DNA of 64,000 nt from Octopus vulgaris (taxonomy: Eukaryota), in NCBI GenBank assembly GCA_951406725.2, contig OX597827.1:60388001-60452000 (forward strand), in the 5' to 3' direction. Position numbers and translations under genes: made by a program. This document shows positions 51,613 to 64,000 of this stretch, one piece after another. Below the pieces are notes generated by a model. It did no database searches. It had not been told where the DNA came from and saw only the letters and a list, made by a program, of their open reading frames with translations. Position 1 is the stretch's first letter; each line of letters opens with the position of its first letter.

Positions 51613-52980
51613 ATATATACATATATAGTAGAGAATGAAACATCTTTCATCTGTCTCCCCACCACACCTCCATCTAGGGGGGGCAAAGAGAGATCAGAAA
51701 AAAAAATTAGAACCTCACACCACCACCACCACCACCGGGTAATTCAAAGTTGTTCATTTTGATATGGCTCAAGAGGCATTATGGACTTTTAAATGGAGAT
51801 TGAGAAAAATTGTTTCAATTAGAAAAGCAACATTTCTAGAAAATAGTAAATTGAAGTGTGAACACAGCACCTTACAGAGTATAAGTATATGACATTTATT
51901 TTTAAAATTTAACTTAATTTGTTTTATATTCTAAATAATTTGCAATTTCAAAAAATATATTAATTTTGCGTTTTTTAATTTGATAAAGTCTACGGAATAA
52001 TTTTGCGCGTTTTTTTATAAATTCTACGGAAAGAATTTAGTGCGAAAAATTTATACATTTATACACAAAGACCTGTTGAGGCAAGCGAAGTTGATATCGA
52101 ACCTCATCCCACGACAGGCACCCATGCCAACCCCTTTGCTTGCGAAGACATGTTGGGGCAAGTGTGGCACCCGGCAAATGCCAGGACCCCTGGACTGGTG
52201 GTACGTAAAAAGCACTATCCGAATCGTGGCCGATGCCAGAGCCGCCTCGACTGGCACCAATCCGACCGTGGCCGTTGCCAGCCTCGCCTGGCACCTGTGC
52301 GGGTGGCATGTAAAAAGCACCCACTACACTCTCGGAGTGGTTGGCGTTAGGAAGGGCATCCAGCTGTAGAAACATTGCCAGATAAGACTGGAGTCTGGTG
52401 CAGCCTTCTGGCTTCCCAGATCCCCGGTCGAACCGTCCAACCCATGCTGGCATGGAGAACGGACGTTAAACGATGATGATGATGATAAGAAATTAATTCA
52501 TTAAGTTTACCAAATTATATACGTCTGTAAAAAAAAAAAAGTTTCACAAATTATATACGTTCGCGTTTGTGTAAAAAAAATTATTAACCAAGTTTTATAA
52601 ATTATTTACTTTGTTCAAAAAATATTATTAATATTAATTAATTTTCAAGAATTATTTAATTTATATAATTAATTCATTAATTTTATTCTGTAAAATAGTA
52701 ATTAATTCATTTCTCTGTAAATCCGCGAGGAAAGCGACTATGTAATTTTTTTGTGTAAAATTGAAAATGTTATATATACACACACACACACACACATATA
52801 TTTTTAGTGAAATCCAACACCTTTTTTTTTTAGGGGGGGTTTAACGCGCACGCGCGAATTCTGCACTGCGCATGCGCAAGTCACCTCGTAGGATCTCGAG
52901 TATCGAGTACCTACGTCTGACGCGCGCGCGCGCGCGAATTCGCGTGTGCAAAACCGGGACCACGACAATTGACAAGTACC
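50070..52980. mobile_element. 2.9-kb foldback DNA transposon with 1.3-kb arms, inserted in a SINE
   Basis: Arms 50070-51374 and 51679-52980. TSD gacaaacg at 50062-50069 and 52981-52988. The flanks rejoin into a family-2 SINE. Confidence 0.92.
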
Positions 52981-53443
52981 GACAAACGAATTAAGTCGAT
53001 TACATTGACACCAGTGCATAACTGGTACTTAATTTATCGACCCCGAAAGGATGAAAGGCAAAGTCGACCTCGGCGGAATTTGACATTTTATGAAATATAT
53101 TCGAGTCTTTTTTTTTTTTATCAAAGAAAGATATATGTTTTTATTTAATACGTCGCGTAAAATAAAATATAAATCCGAAAGAAGAACGTTGTAGATTGCT
53201 TGGAGCATTGGGATACAGAAGTAAAATAAATAATCTTTTCTACTCTAGGCACAAGGCCCGAAATTTTGGGGAGGTGGGGGGCAGTCGATCAGATCGACGC
53301 CAGTACGCAACTGGTACTTAATTTATCGACCACCGAAAGAATGAAAAGCAAAGTCGACCTCGGCAGAATTTAAACTCAGAACGTAAAGATTGACGAAGAG
53401 ATAAAATAAATAATGGAGAGCCTCTAACAATGCGAAAGGTAAA

Positions 53444-53627
53444 GTTGAGTAACCTTAATGTATTTCAGGCACAAAGGCCCATCATCAGACGTAAACGGCT
53501 TAGAAATGTGAGTCTATGTAGATGTCGGTTTGATGAGAAATGGCAGGATCTACATACACCCACATTTCGAAACAGTTCACTTCTGACGGTGAACCTTTGT
53601 GCCTGAAATATATAAAGGTTTCTCAAC
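53444..53627. repeat. Old imperfect palindrome (about 185 bp)
   Basis: gttgag..tttcaggcacaaagg..tatgtagat is mirrored by atctacata..cctttgtgcctgaaa..ctcaac. Confidence 0.75.
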
Positions 53628-53931
53628 TGTCCCTTTTGATTTAACATAAATCCGTTTCAATTCAGTTAATATTTAACAAAACAATTGTTAATAAATGAAA
53701 ATCACAAAAAATTCCAATGAATCCGGGACCTTTTCCCAAACCAAAATAAGGGATTTGCAGCATATTAGGAGGTCGGGGTACTTGATTCCATGCAAAAAAT
53801 CCGAGTTTTTTTTTTTTTTTTTAGTAAAAATTGTACAGGTTTACTCTGAAAAATTACTGTTTTATGTTCTATATTGTAATTTACTACAATAGTCCCTTGC
53901 AAAGGTGTAGACAACCAATGGAGAAAGTACC

Positions 53932-54150
53932 ATTCTTTTACTTGTTTCAGTCATTTGACTATGGCCATGTTGGAGCATCGCCTTTAGTCGAACAAATCAA
54001 CCCCCTGGACATATTCTTTGTAAGTCTAGTACTTATTCCGTCAGTCACTTTTGCTGAACTGTGAAGTTACAGGGACATAAACACACCAGCATAGGTTGTC
54101 AATCGATGTTGAGGGGACAAACACAGACACAAAAACATATATACACACAC

Positions 54151-54187
<37 letters not shown>

Positions 54188-57100
54188 CGGGCTTCTTGCA
54201 ATTCCGTGTACCAAATCCACTCACAAGGCTTTGGTTGGCCCAAGGCTATAGTAGAAGACACTTGCCCAAGGTACCAATAAGTGGGACTGAACCCAGAACC
54301 ATGTGGTTAGTAAGCAAGCTACTTACCACACAGCCACTCCTGTGCCTATATTTGTAAATCTGACATAACAGAGTGGTGTCATAAACTTCATGACTTTACA
54401 GTATAGTCTATAAGCCACCAATACTTGAGACAACTTAAGTGTCCCCTCTGCTTCATATCAGACTCTTTTCAAATTTACTACTCTACATGATGAAATATCT
54501 TCACTTAGGCTTACAGCTGACATCTCTTTTATTTCTTTTATATTAGCATGTATTGTTGCTGCTAATTCTTAAATACATTAAGACATTGATCAGTTAATAT
54601 GCTGAAATCACACACCAATTCTGATAGTCCTATGAAGTTATTTTAGTTAACATTTTAAAATATATTAGGAGTGGCTGTGTGGTAAGTAGCTTGCTTACCA
54701 ACCACATGGTTCCAGGTTCAGTCCCACTGCATGGCATCTTGGGTAATTGTCTTCTACTATAGCCTCAGACTGACCAAAGCCTTGTCAGTGGATTTGGTAG
54801 ACGGAAACTGAAAGAAGCCCATCGTATATATGTAGATATATATATATATATGTATGTATGTGTATATATTTGTGTGTGTGTGTTTGTCCTCCTAACATCG
54901 CTTGACAACCGATGCTGATGTGTTTACGTCCCCCATAACTTAGCGGTTTGGCAAAAAAGACCGATAGAATAAGTACTAGGCTTACAAAGAATAAGTCCTG
55001 GGATCAGTTTGCTCGACTAAAGGCAGTGCTCCAGCATGGCCACAGTCACATGACTGAGAAAATTAAAAGAGTAAAAATATTTGAAATTGTATAACAAAAA
55101 CAAAAATAAATACGAGTGATGAAACACATTCACATAAAGCGGAATAAAATTAACACATGGTGGAAACACTTTGGTGGAGGATGGCAGCAGAGAGGAATTT
55201 TAAGATGGATAATTCAAAATCTGTAAACAATTTCAAGCATTTGGGAATCTGTCAGAAATGTAGTTGAAGTAAGAACAAAAATATAGGAAGGTAGACCAAA
55301 GTTGTTTCTTTTTTCTTGTGTCTATAGTTGTGTGGGAGTCATTGGTGGGACTGCAGTAGGAATGCTCCTGCCTTAGCTTATTCAAGCAGCTGAGCCAGAG
55401 AGAGAGAGAGAGGAAAAATTGTCCCAGTGTTGGTTGGTACTTTATAGATGAAATTAAAAAGGAATTAAGCTAAGCAAATTAATATTGTAATTGCTACTAA
55501 AAGGGCAGTCAATTGGCAGAATTGTTAGATCATCAATCAAAATACCTTCTGGTATTTGTTCCATCTCTTAGCTCTTTAAATTCTATGTTCATATCTCCTC
55601 AAAGCCAATTTTGAGCAAGTGTCTTCTACTATAGCCTCGGGCTGACCAAAGCCTTGTGAGTGGATTTAGTAGACGGAAACTGAAAGAAGCCCGTTGTATA
55701 TATGCATATATATATATATATATATAAATGTATGTGTGTGTATATGTTTGTGTGTCTGTGTTTGTCCCCCTAACATCACTTGACAACCGATGCTGGTGTG
55801 TTTACATCCCCGTAACTTAGCAGTTCAGCAAAAGAGATGATAGAAGAAGAACTAGGCTTACAAAGAATAAGTCCTAGGGTCGATTCGCTTGATTAAAGGC
55901 GGTGCTGCAGCATGGTCACAGTCAAATGACTGAAACAAGTAAAAGTAAAAGAATAAAAGAAAGAGAGAGAGAGATAAGATTTTGGTTGTGTGCTAAGAAC
56001 TTTGCTTCCCAACCACATGCTTCTGTGTTCAGTCCTATTGCGTGGTACCTTGGGCAAGTGCCTTCTATTATAACCCTAGGCTGACCAAAGCCTTGTGAGC
56101 GGATTTAATAGAAGAATACTGTAAGAAGCCCATCATGTGTGTGTGTATGAGTGTGTTTGTGTCTCCTTGTCTTTATATTGCATGATAGTCGTAAATGAGT
56201 CTCACGGTCATAAAGGCAGTGCTATTCATTCCCAATATTCTACCAGATCATGTTTGGCCATGGGAAAGTATTAGCTTGCTTGGAAACAGGTAAGCGCTGG
56301 TGACAAGAAGGGCATCGGGCCATAGAAAATCTTCTTCAAATAAACTTTGTCTTTTCTACTCTAGGCACAAGGCCTGAAATTTGGGGGGAGGGGGCTAGTC
56401 GATTAGATCGACCCCAGTACGCAACTGGTACTTAATTTATCGACCTCGAAAGGATGAAAGGCAAAGTCAACCTCGGCAGAATTTGAACTCAGAACGTAAA
56501 GACAGACGAAATACCACTAAGCATTTTGCCCAGCGTGCTAACGTTTCTGCCAGCTCGCTGCCTTAAATAAACTTTTTCTTACCCATGGAAGCATAGAACG
56601 GTGGATGATAAATGATGATGACAATGACAACAAAGAAGAAGGAGGAGGAGGAGGTGGTGGTGGTGGTGGTGGCGGCAGCAATGATTTTGATGATAACAAT
56701 GATGATGATGCACTTTTAAATTGGTTTTCAGTGGTCTATCAGTTTAAAGCCATTTGCTGTAGACTTTCCAAGAAATACAGTACTGCCTCGTATTGTGACT
56801 TGAAGTTTTAAAATTCAGATCTTCTCGTTTTGGGTCTCTTTACTCTTTACTCTTTTACTTGTTTCAGTCATTTGGCTGCGGCCATGCTGGAGCACCGCCT
56901 TTAGTCGAGCAATTCGACCCCAGGACTTATTCTTTGTAAGCCCAGTACTTATTCTATTGGTCTCTTTTGCCGAACCGCTAGGTGACCAGGATGTAAATAC
57001 ACCAGTATCGGTTGTCAAGCAATGCTAGGGGGACAAACACAGACACACAAACATATACACACACATACATACATATATACGATGGGCTTCTTTCAGTTTC

Positions 57101-57240
57101 CGTCTACCAAATCCACTCACAAGGCATTGGTCGGCCCGAGGATATAGCAGAAGACACTTGCCCAAGATGCCATGCAGTGGGACTGAACCCGAAACCATGT
57201 GGTTGGTAAGCAAGCTACTTACCACACAGCCACTCCTGCG
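53932..57240. mobile_element. SINE cluster
   Basis: CORE-type copies at 53932-54345(-), 54667-55075(+), 55610-55960(+), 55980-56150(+) and 56836-57240(-). Family-2 copy at 56350-56565(-). Confidence 0.8.
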
Positions 57241-57389
57241 TCTTTTACAATTGATGTTTTAATTTTTAGTACCATGAATTTGAGAAAAATCTTCACAAAT
57301 TTCTTTTGGTACTTTTATTTTCAAGGAATATTGCTTTATTAATTTCTTAGTTGCACACTGTTTGTGGAATATGTAATATATGATACAAT

Positions 57390-57565
57390 ATACTATTTAC
57401 ATTATTTACATTGGATGGAAATGTGTCCTCATCTTGTTTGTTGTTACCACATTTCAGGTGATTTACTCTCCAGCCTTCATCAGGTGTCCCGATAGAAATT
57501 TGAACCCAACCCTGGGTTCTGATTCCTAAGGTATTTTTTTGCTGATGCTATTATTATTATTATTA
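57390..57565 (-). mobile_element. Second copy of the hammerhead-bearing element seen at 34530-34940
   Basis: Minus strand reads gacac-CTGATGA-aggctggagagtaaatcacct-GAAA-tgtggtaacaacaaacaagatgagg. Confidence 0.7.
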
Positions 57566-57864
57566 TGAGTGAGAGAGCAGTGCATGCCATCAAAGTGACA
57601 CTGGGGTAAAATATACAAAGCCCAGTATACCTATCATGACTACCCGTCTAAGGGTACACTAGGCACATGCATCACAACCATATGTGCACGATATGGTGAT
57701 CTCATATCAAGATAAACATTTCTGCTTACCTTTGGGTACCCCCTCATGTTGGATCTACAAATTCAATATCCCTACATATCTCACATCTATTTTGTATTCC
57801 TCCACCTCACTCTCTGTTTTGTATTTTATCTAAATTAATTATTTCTTAACCATCCTCTCACACC

Positions 57865-57912
57865 GTCTCTGATGAAGGGATATGATAAATATCCTGGAAA
57901 CAGCTGTAAGAC
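57865..57912 (+). ncRNA. Minimal type I hammerhead ribozyme
   Basis: gtct-CTGATGA-a-gggatat-gataa-atatcct-g-GAAA-cagctg-TA-agac. Confidence 0.8.
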
Positions 57913-57974
57913 CTTCTATTCATAAATGTTCTAAAATCTACATGACCTTAGTTTTTAATCTCAGTACGCAAAAA

Positions 57975-58206
57975 ATTAACACCATTTGAGCATGGCCGTT
58001 GCCAGTACCGCCTGACTGGCCCTCGTGCCAGCGACATGTAAAAGCACCAACTACACTCTCAGAGTGGTTGGTATGGGGAAGGGCATCCAGCTGTAGAAAC
58101 TCTGCCAGATCAGATTGGAGCCTGGTGCAGCCATCTGGCACACCAGCCCTCAGTCAAAGCGTCCAACCTATGTCAGCATGGAAAGCAGACGTTAAACGAT
58201 GATGAT
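57975..58206 (+). mobile_element. RTE LINE 3' end
   Basis: Family consensus. Confidence 0.7.
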
Positions 58207-58225
58207 ACACACACACATACATATT

Positions 58226-58270
<45 letters not shown>

Positions 58271-58977
58271 GCAAGTGAGAGTAAATGTATGTTTGTGTCT
58301 CATTCTTCAAAAACATATTAGGCCACTGAAAAATATTACCTTCCTTGGAAATAAGGAAGGGTTGGTGACAAAAAATGGCATGTGGCTGTACAAAATTTGT
58401 CTCAGTAAACTCTGTTTGGCCCATGCAAGCATGGAAAAGTGGACATTAAAAACAATGATGACAATATTTAATTGTTTGGTATTATTATTATTTCATGAGA
58501 ATAGTATTTATATCAGCATAGATTGCCAGTTACCAAAGTTATACATGTGAGGTGAAAGACATTGTAACTTAAATAAATAGAAGAAAATAAAGAATCACAA
58601 TACCATGATGCAATTGTTTTTGAACAAATTTCTTTAATGATATTTTTTTTAGTTTAATAAATTAACTTTAAATTAAAAGTAATTTTCTCAAAATTCTTCA
58701 TCTCCTCTTTGATTAAATTCTGAAAAAGTTATCTGGAATCATCAGAATGCCAATTACCTTTCTGTAATGTGTATTTGTTCGATAATTACACAAGAAATGA
58801 TACTTAATACATTCTACAATAACAAGAGACAGACAGACAGAGTGGGAGAGAGTGTGTGCGCGCACGAGACTTACAATCAAACTTTTACTGAATTATTTCT
58901 TACATATTTCACAATGATATGGAATGTATTTGTTTATGGGCGACAAGTTTAGAATTCAGAGAAGTTTTCCAAACATT

Positions 58978-59793
58978 TCACAGTGATGTAGCTTCATGTT
59001 CTCCAGCGTGACTGCGTTTATGATTTATAAGAGAAGAATTACTGGAGAAAAATTTCCTGCATATTTCACACTGATATGGCCTTTTTCCAGTGTGTAGATT
59101 TTTATGTGATTTTAAAGTAGTATTTTTACAGAAAGACTTCCCGCATATTTCACACTGATATGGGGTTACTCCCGTGTGCATTGCTTTATGTCCGTTTAAA
59201 GTACTCTTGTAACTAAAAGAGACCCCGCATATTTCACACTGAAACGGTTTCTCTCCCGTGTGAATTCGTTTATGTACTTTTAAAGTACTCTTATCACTAA
59301 AAGAGTTACCACATATTTCACAACGATATGGCTTTTCACCCGTGTGAATTCGTTCGTGTCCTTTTAAAGTACTGTTTTGACTGAAAGCGGTTCCGCATAT
59401 TTCACAATGGAAAGGTTTTTCTCCCGTATGGACTCTTATGTGTGATTTTAAACTACTATTCTCAATGAATGCTTTCCCACACGTCTCGCAGTGAAAGGGT
59501 TTTTCTCCCGTGTGTGTCCTCACGTGAATTTTTACATGGCTACTACGGGCAAAATTTTTCCCACATATTTCGCACTGAAATGGTTTTTCCCCCGTATGTA
59601 TCCTCACATGTCTTTCCAAATGGCTATTACGGAGAAAAGATGTCCCGCATATTTCACAATGATATGGCTTTACGCCAGAGTGTATTCGTTTGTGCCTATT
59701 TAAATACCCAACAACGAAAAATGATTTCCCACAAATATCACAATGATAGGACCTTTCTTCAGCATGCCTTCTTCTGTGCGTTTCTAGAGCCAT
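58978..59793 (-). CDS. C2H2 zinc-finger protein (9 tandem fingers, no effector domain seen)
   Basis: Nine intact fingers with TGEKP-type linkers. The first ATG is at 59793; the track start at 59826 is a GTG. The true start is uncertain. Confidence 0.8.
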   Translation of the reverse strand: MALETHRRRHAEERSYHCDICGKSFFVVGYLNRHKRIHSGVKPYHCEICGTSFLRNSHLERHVRIHTGEKPFQCEICGKNFARSSHVKIHVRTHTGEKPFHCETCGKAFIENSSLKSHIRVHTGEKPFHCEICGTAFSQNSTLKGHERIHTGEKPYRCEICGNSFSDKSTLKVHKRIHTGEKPFQCEICGVSFSYKSTLNGHKAMHTGVTPYQCEICGKSFCKNTTLKSHKNLHTGKRPYQCEICRKFFSSNSSLINHKRSHAGEHEATSL

Positions 59794-61164
59794 GTCATTT
59801 ACAAATGATTTCCAACTTTTTTTCACAAAATCGTCTTTCTACAATGAGTTTTCTCTTGTGCATTTTTAAAAATCAAACCTTGACAAATACTTCACAATGA
59901 CTGGATTTACCACTGCAACATCTACACATATGTGGACAACAAGACTAAGTGAAAATAATTTTCTATAAATTCCACGCCTCCTCTTTGATTCGATTCTGGA
60001 AAGTTATCTGGTATTACCAGAACACCAATATCTTTCTGCCATGTGTAGCGCACTTCCTAATGAGAAAAGGGAGAATGAACGTTATCAATATCTGTAACCG
60101 CAGACCTCATGTGTATTTGTTTGATAATTACACGAGAAATGATACTTGACATATTCCACAATAACAATGCTTATTTATTTACTCTCCACGAATGTCACAG
60201 AGAAATGTGTTACTTCACACTGTATTGTTACGTATCTTTCAAAATGGGTACACTAAAAGCTATTCTAACGAGTACCTTTTAGTGAGTATTTTTTAATGAA
60301 TATTGTAGATAAGAACATTCCAAGAGACAAACAGTTATCTCAGGATTATCATCATGATAGACGTCTTAATACATATTGGTTCTCCACAGTTGTTTCAGTA
60401 TGATAATTTGCGAGTTTTCATAATAGGGTTCAGTTTCAATTGCTTGGGATATTACAAAACGTAAGACAAACGAACCACTTTTTTTACATTGTATAAAGGA
60501 ATTCAATATACAACCACACAAATTTGGAGCTTACACTTAATAATTATATATAGATATATAAAATTAAATATGATTCGCAATTAGTGATAATTAAATCAAT
60601 TACGAACTAAATTAGATTTATATTTCTCCAAGGACGTAAATGGAATATGAAACAGAATTTGAAAATAACTATCGAGACTTTCTTTTTTAATGTGTTAAGA
60701 TCCGATCAAACATATCGATAATTGCTGTATAAAATGGTTATTGAACAGTTACAGCTGATATAGATAAGGGAGATCACTGTATTGTGTATGTTCTGTAAAG
60801 TATTCTGTGTATTGAAATAACGGCATATATTTTATATAACTGGGAGTGTTGTTTCTACTGGTACACCTGTGTCGAATGCTGTTGTTATTATTATTATATG
60901 AATATAAACATAACATACTTAAATAGATCTGCTATGGAAATATGTTATAGAATTTGGTATTTACCGAATAAGATTATGGATGTTGATTATTCTCTCGTTC
61001 CCGTCGAACTGGATCACGTGATTCACTCACATTGGTAAATGTTTACCAAAAAAATTTCAGAAAGAGCATGTGTTCAGATATTGTGTACGTAAACAAAATA
61101 CTATGCGTAAATACTAGGTAATATGATAAATCTCGGGTTATATCTATATATTTGTATGATGCAT

Positions 61165-61680
61165 GTGGAGACGCGTGGCTTCGTGGTTAGTATGTTGGAC
61201 TCGTGATTGTAAGATTGTAGTTTCAGTTCTTGGACCGGGCGATGCTTTATGTTCTTGAGCAAAACAATTCATTCCATGTCGGTCCAGTTCACTCAAATGG
61301 CATATATATTTTCAAAGGGAAATATATATGTCATGGAAACTGAGAAACTGGTCCAATGTGTCTTATATGACTCGATGGGGAGTCATATGATAGGCTTGGA
61401 CTCGTGGTTAGGGCGTTGCATTCACGGTCTAGCAATCGTGATTTCAATTCCTAGACCGGGTGGTGCATTAGGTTCTTGAGCAAAACCCTTCATCTCTGGT
61501 TGCTTTGCAATCACTTCGACTCCTGACGCGTGGTACACTGTGCACCTGTTCAGACGATGTCGATTTGGTGGAGAGAGTGAGCTAATGTGCGGCAGGAGCA
61601 TTTGATCACTATAAACAAATCATTTGTGGAAGTCGTTCGGCAAAAGCTGAACGCTCATACGTTGTCTTCGACAGGAGAGT
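61165..61680 (+). mobile_element. Two tRNA-headed SINE copies (third family)
   Basis: gtggttag...ttc(t/c)t(g/a)gaccggg...ttcttgagcaaaac occurs twice, at about 61165 and 61395. Confidence 0.55.
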
Positions 61681-61693
61681 CTATCATGATATA

Positions 61694-62185
61694 CCGTAAA
61701 TCCTCGAGTATAATACGCAGGGGATTTTTAAGGGGCTGTACCTCTGAAAAACCTAAACCTAATGTATAATACGCGCCCCTTCTCTAACTTGAGTCAAGAA
61801 GGTCTATATAACGTTCTTGGTTTGTAAAAATGTATACTGTAACGTCTTTTGTTATTGTATATATAACATAATGCAAACGTGTAGCTTTTTTGGGCATTTT
61901 GTTTGCAGAAAATAAAGAAATAACAGTAATAACGTTTAATATATGTTGCTTACTGCAAGTTATGGATGATTCTTTTATGACTTCATTGCTTTCAGGCTTA
62001 GCTTAAGGTATTTTCGTGCCTGACATCACCATATGCGTCTGAATAAACATAGCCAGACAGCAAATAGAGTCTTCAATATTGCTTAGAAAATAATTTTCAT
62101 TTTTAACCTCGTATATAGTACGCACTAAGGATTTTGACCTTTAAATTTTGGGAAAAAAATGCGAATTATACTCGAGGATTTACGG
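61694..62185. mobile_element. pogo/Tigger-like MITE
   Basis: TA-ccgtaaatcctcgagtataa...ttatactcgaggatttacgg-TA. Confidence 0.85.
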
Positions 62186-62482
62186 TATACTAAAACACGT
62201 ACATGCTTCCAAGATTAGAACGAGATGCAAAGGTGGCATGCATATTTTTCTAGGTGCAGGCATGGCTGTGTGACAGCTTTTTAGTATATTTGATATACAA
62301 AAACTGCTTGTCTTAGCAGTTCACTAAAAAGAAACCAATAAAATAAGTACAAGGCTTTAAAAAGCAAATACTGGGTTCAATTTGCTCAACTTAACCCTGC
62401 AAGTCCAATGACTTATAAAAGATAATATATATAATTCAATATTTGATATGCATATAGTGAACGTCCCAAATTAAGGCACCCT

Positions 62483-62870
62483 TAAGACGGCGAGCTAGCA
62501 GAAACATTAGCACACCAGGTGAAATGCTTAACGGTATTTCGTCTGTCTTTACGTTCTGAGTTCAAATTCTGCCAAGGTCGACTTTGCCTTTCATGATTGT
62601 TGAATTAAGTACCAGATACGCACTGGGAGCGATATAATCGACTTAATCTATTTGTCTGTCCTTGTTTGTCACCTCTGTGTTTAGCCCCTTGTGGGTAGTA
62701 AAGAAATAGGTATTTCGTCTGCCGTTACATTCTGAGTTCAAATTCCGCCAAGGTCGACTTTACCTTTCATCCTTTCGGGATTGATGAATTAAGTACCAGT
62801 TGCGTACTGGGGTCAATCTAATTGACTGGACCCTGCCCCAAATTTTGGGCCTTGTGCCTATAGTAGAAAA
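62483..62870 (+). mobile_element. Two tandem family-2 SINEs
   Basis: The family core is repeated twice. Confidence 0.75.
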
Positions 62871-63454
62871 AAAAAAAAAAAGTAAAGGCACCTTTGGGAT
62901 TTGTGATGTTGTAATTGGGAAAATTCTGTTGCAAGGCCCAAATTCCTCAAAATGTTTTGTGTTCCTCATTAGAGGAATAAACCAGTGTATCAAAAAATAC
63001 CTACTGTTTATTCAAAAATGGTTCACAGTACAACAGTATAAATGAATCAGTATAAATAAACAATAAAACCATCAATAGTTTCAAATGGCAAGTTTGGTCA
63101 AAACTTAAAACTCCATTCTCACAATTATTATTATTATGGATTGGCAGAATGAAGCGAGCAGACAGAATCATTAACATGCCAGACAAAATATTTAGCTTCA
63201 TTTTGTCTTTAAGTCCTGCATTTAAGATTCTGCTGAGGTTGACTTTGTTTTTCATCTTATCAGGGTCTGTAAAATAAGTACCAGTTGAGCAGTGGAGTCA
63301 ATGTAATTGACTATCCCTCTCCCACAAAATGTCAGGCCTTGTGCTTGTGACAAAAAGGATTGTTATATTATTAGAGAGTTGGACAAAGTGTCTTGCAGTG
63401 TTCAGTTATGGTCCCTTACATTCTGAGTTCAAATCCCACCAAGATCAAGGTTAC

Positions 63455-63762
63455 TTCAGAGAAAGATAGGGAGAGAAGGAAAGAAAGGAAAAGAGAGGGA
63501 GAGAAAGAAAGAAAAGAGAAGGAGAGAAAGAAAGAAAGAAAAAGAGAGGTAGAAAGAAAGAAAAGAGAGGAAGAGAAAGAAAGAAAAAGAGAGGGAGAGA
63601 GAGAAAGAAAGAAAGAAAAAGAGAGGGAAAGAAAGAAAGAAAAGAGGGAGAGAAAGAAAGAAAAGAGAGGGAGAGAAGGAGAAAGAAAGAAAAGAGAGGG
63701 AGAGAGAAAGAAAGAAAGAAAAGAGAGGGAGAGAGAGAAAGAAAAAAAAAGAGAGGGAAAAC
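63455..63762. repeat. GA-rich low-complexity tract
   Basis: About 300 bp of almost pure purine on the plus strand. Confidence 0.9.
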
Positions 63763-64000
63763 AAATTATTTATCTAAGGTTTCTCTGGCAATTTCAAACC
63801 AGAGGATTTCCACACAATGACAATTTGGGATCAGAATCAACAAAAATATTTGTAAACTAGGGAGTTCAAATGCTTTTTTGGAGATACAAACATTACAATG
63901 CTTCATGTATAAAATTTTGTATGTGTTGTTAGAAAGGAGCGTAAATTTATTTCAGTAGTTAATTATGAGTGGGGTGCTGAAAAGTTCCTGCCTTTGTGTA

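Noticed and set aside
50596-52453. Identical 138-aa ORFs on opposite strands
   Set aside because: They lie in a LINE 3' UTR fragment duplicated by the foldback arms and show no protein signature.
63393-63860. 155-aa Lys/Glu/Arg-rich ORF
   Set aside because: It is the translation of a GA-rich simple repeat.

Overview
Eukaryotic, AT-rich, repeat-dense DNA. The repeat families and a C2H2 zinc-finger cluster point to an octopus or other coleoid cephalopod (inferred, not confirmed by search). The window holds three intact 9-finger C2H2 ZNF ORFs: a convergent paralog pair at 19-1512(+) and 23240-24730(-), and a third at 58978-59793(-). There are also at least two decayed ZNF arrays. The rest is mobile DNA: mariner, Tc1, hAT/Buster, pogo-like and piggyBac-like MITEs, Helitron-like elements, RTE LINE fragments with many 3' ends, three tRNA-headed SINE families, and long (TA)n tracts. 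Highlights: (1) several minimal type I hammerhead-ribozyme motifs with palindromic stem III, often in inverted repeats, including a head-to-head tRNA-headed element carrying a hammerhead; (2) a 2.9-kb foldback element with 1.3-kb arms and an 8-bp TSD, plus a small relative with the same terminal signature; (3) mosaic identity between the ZNF paralogs, suggesting gene conversion that spares the specificity-determining fingers; (4) a ZNF N-terminal repeat domain built by amplifying an inter-finger linker. All calls were made by eye, and most repeat boundaries are approximate.
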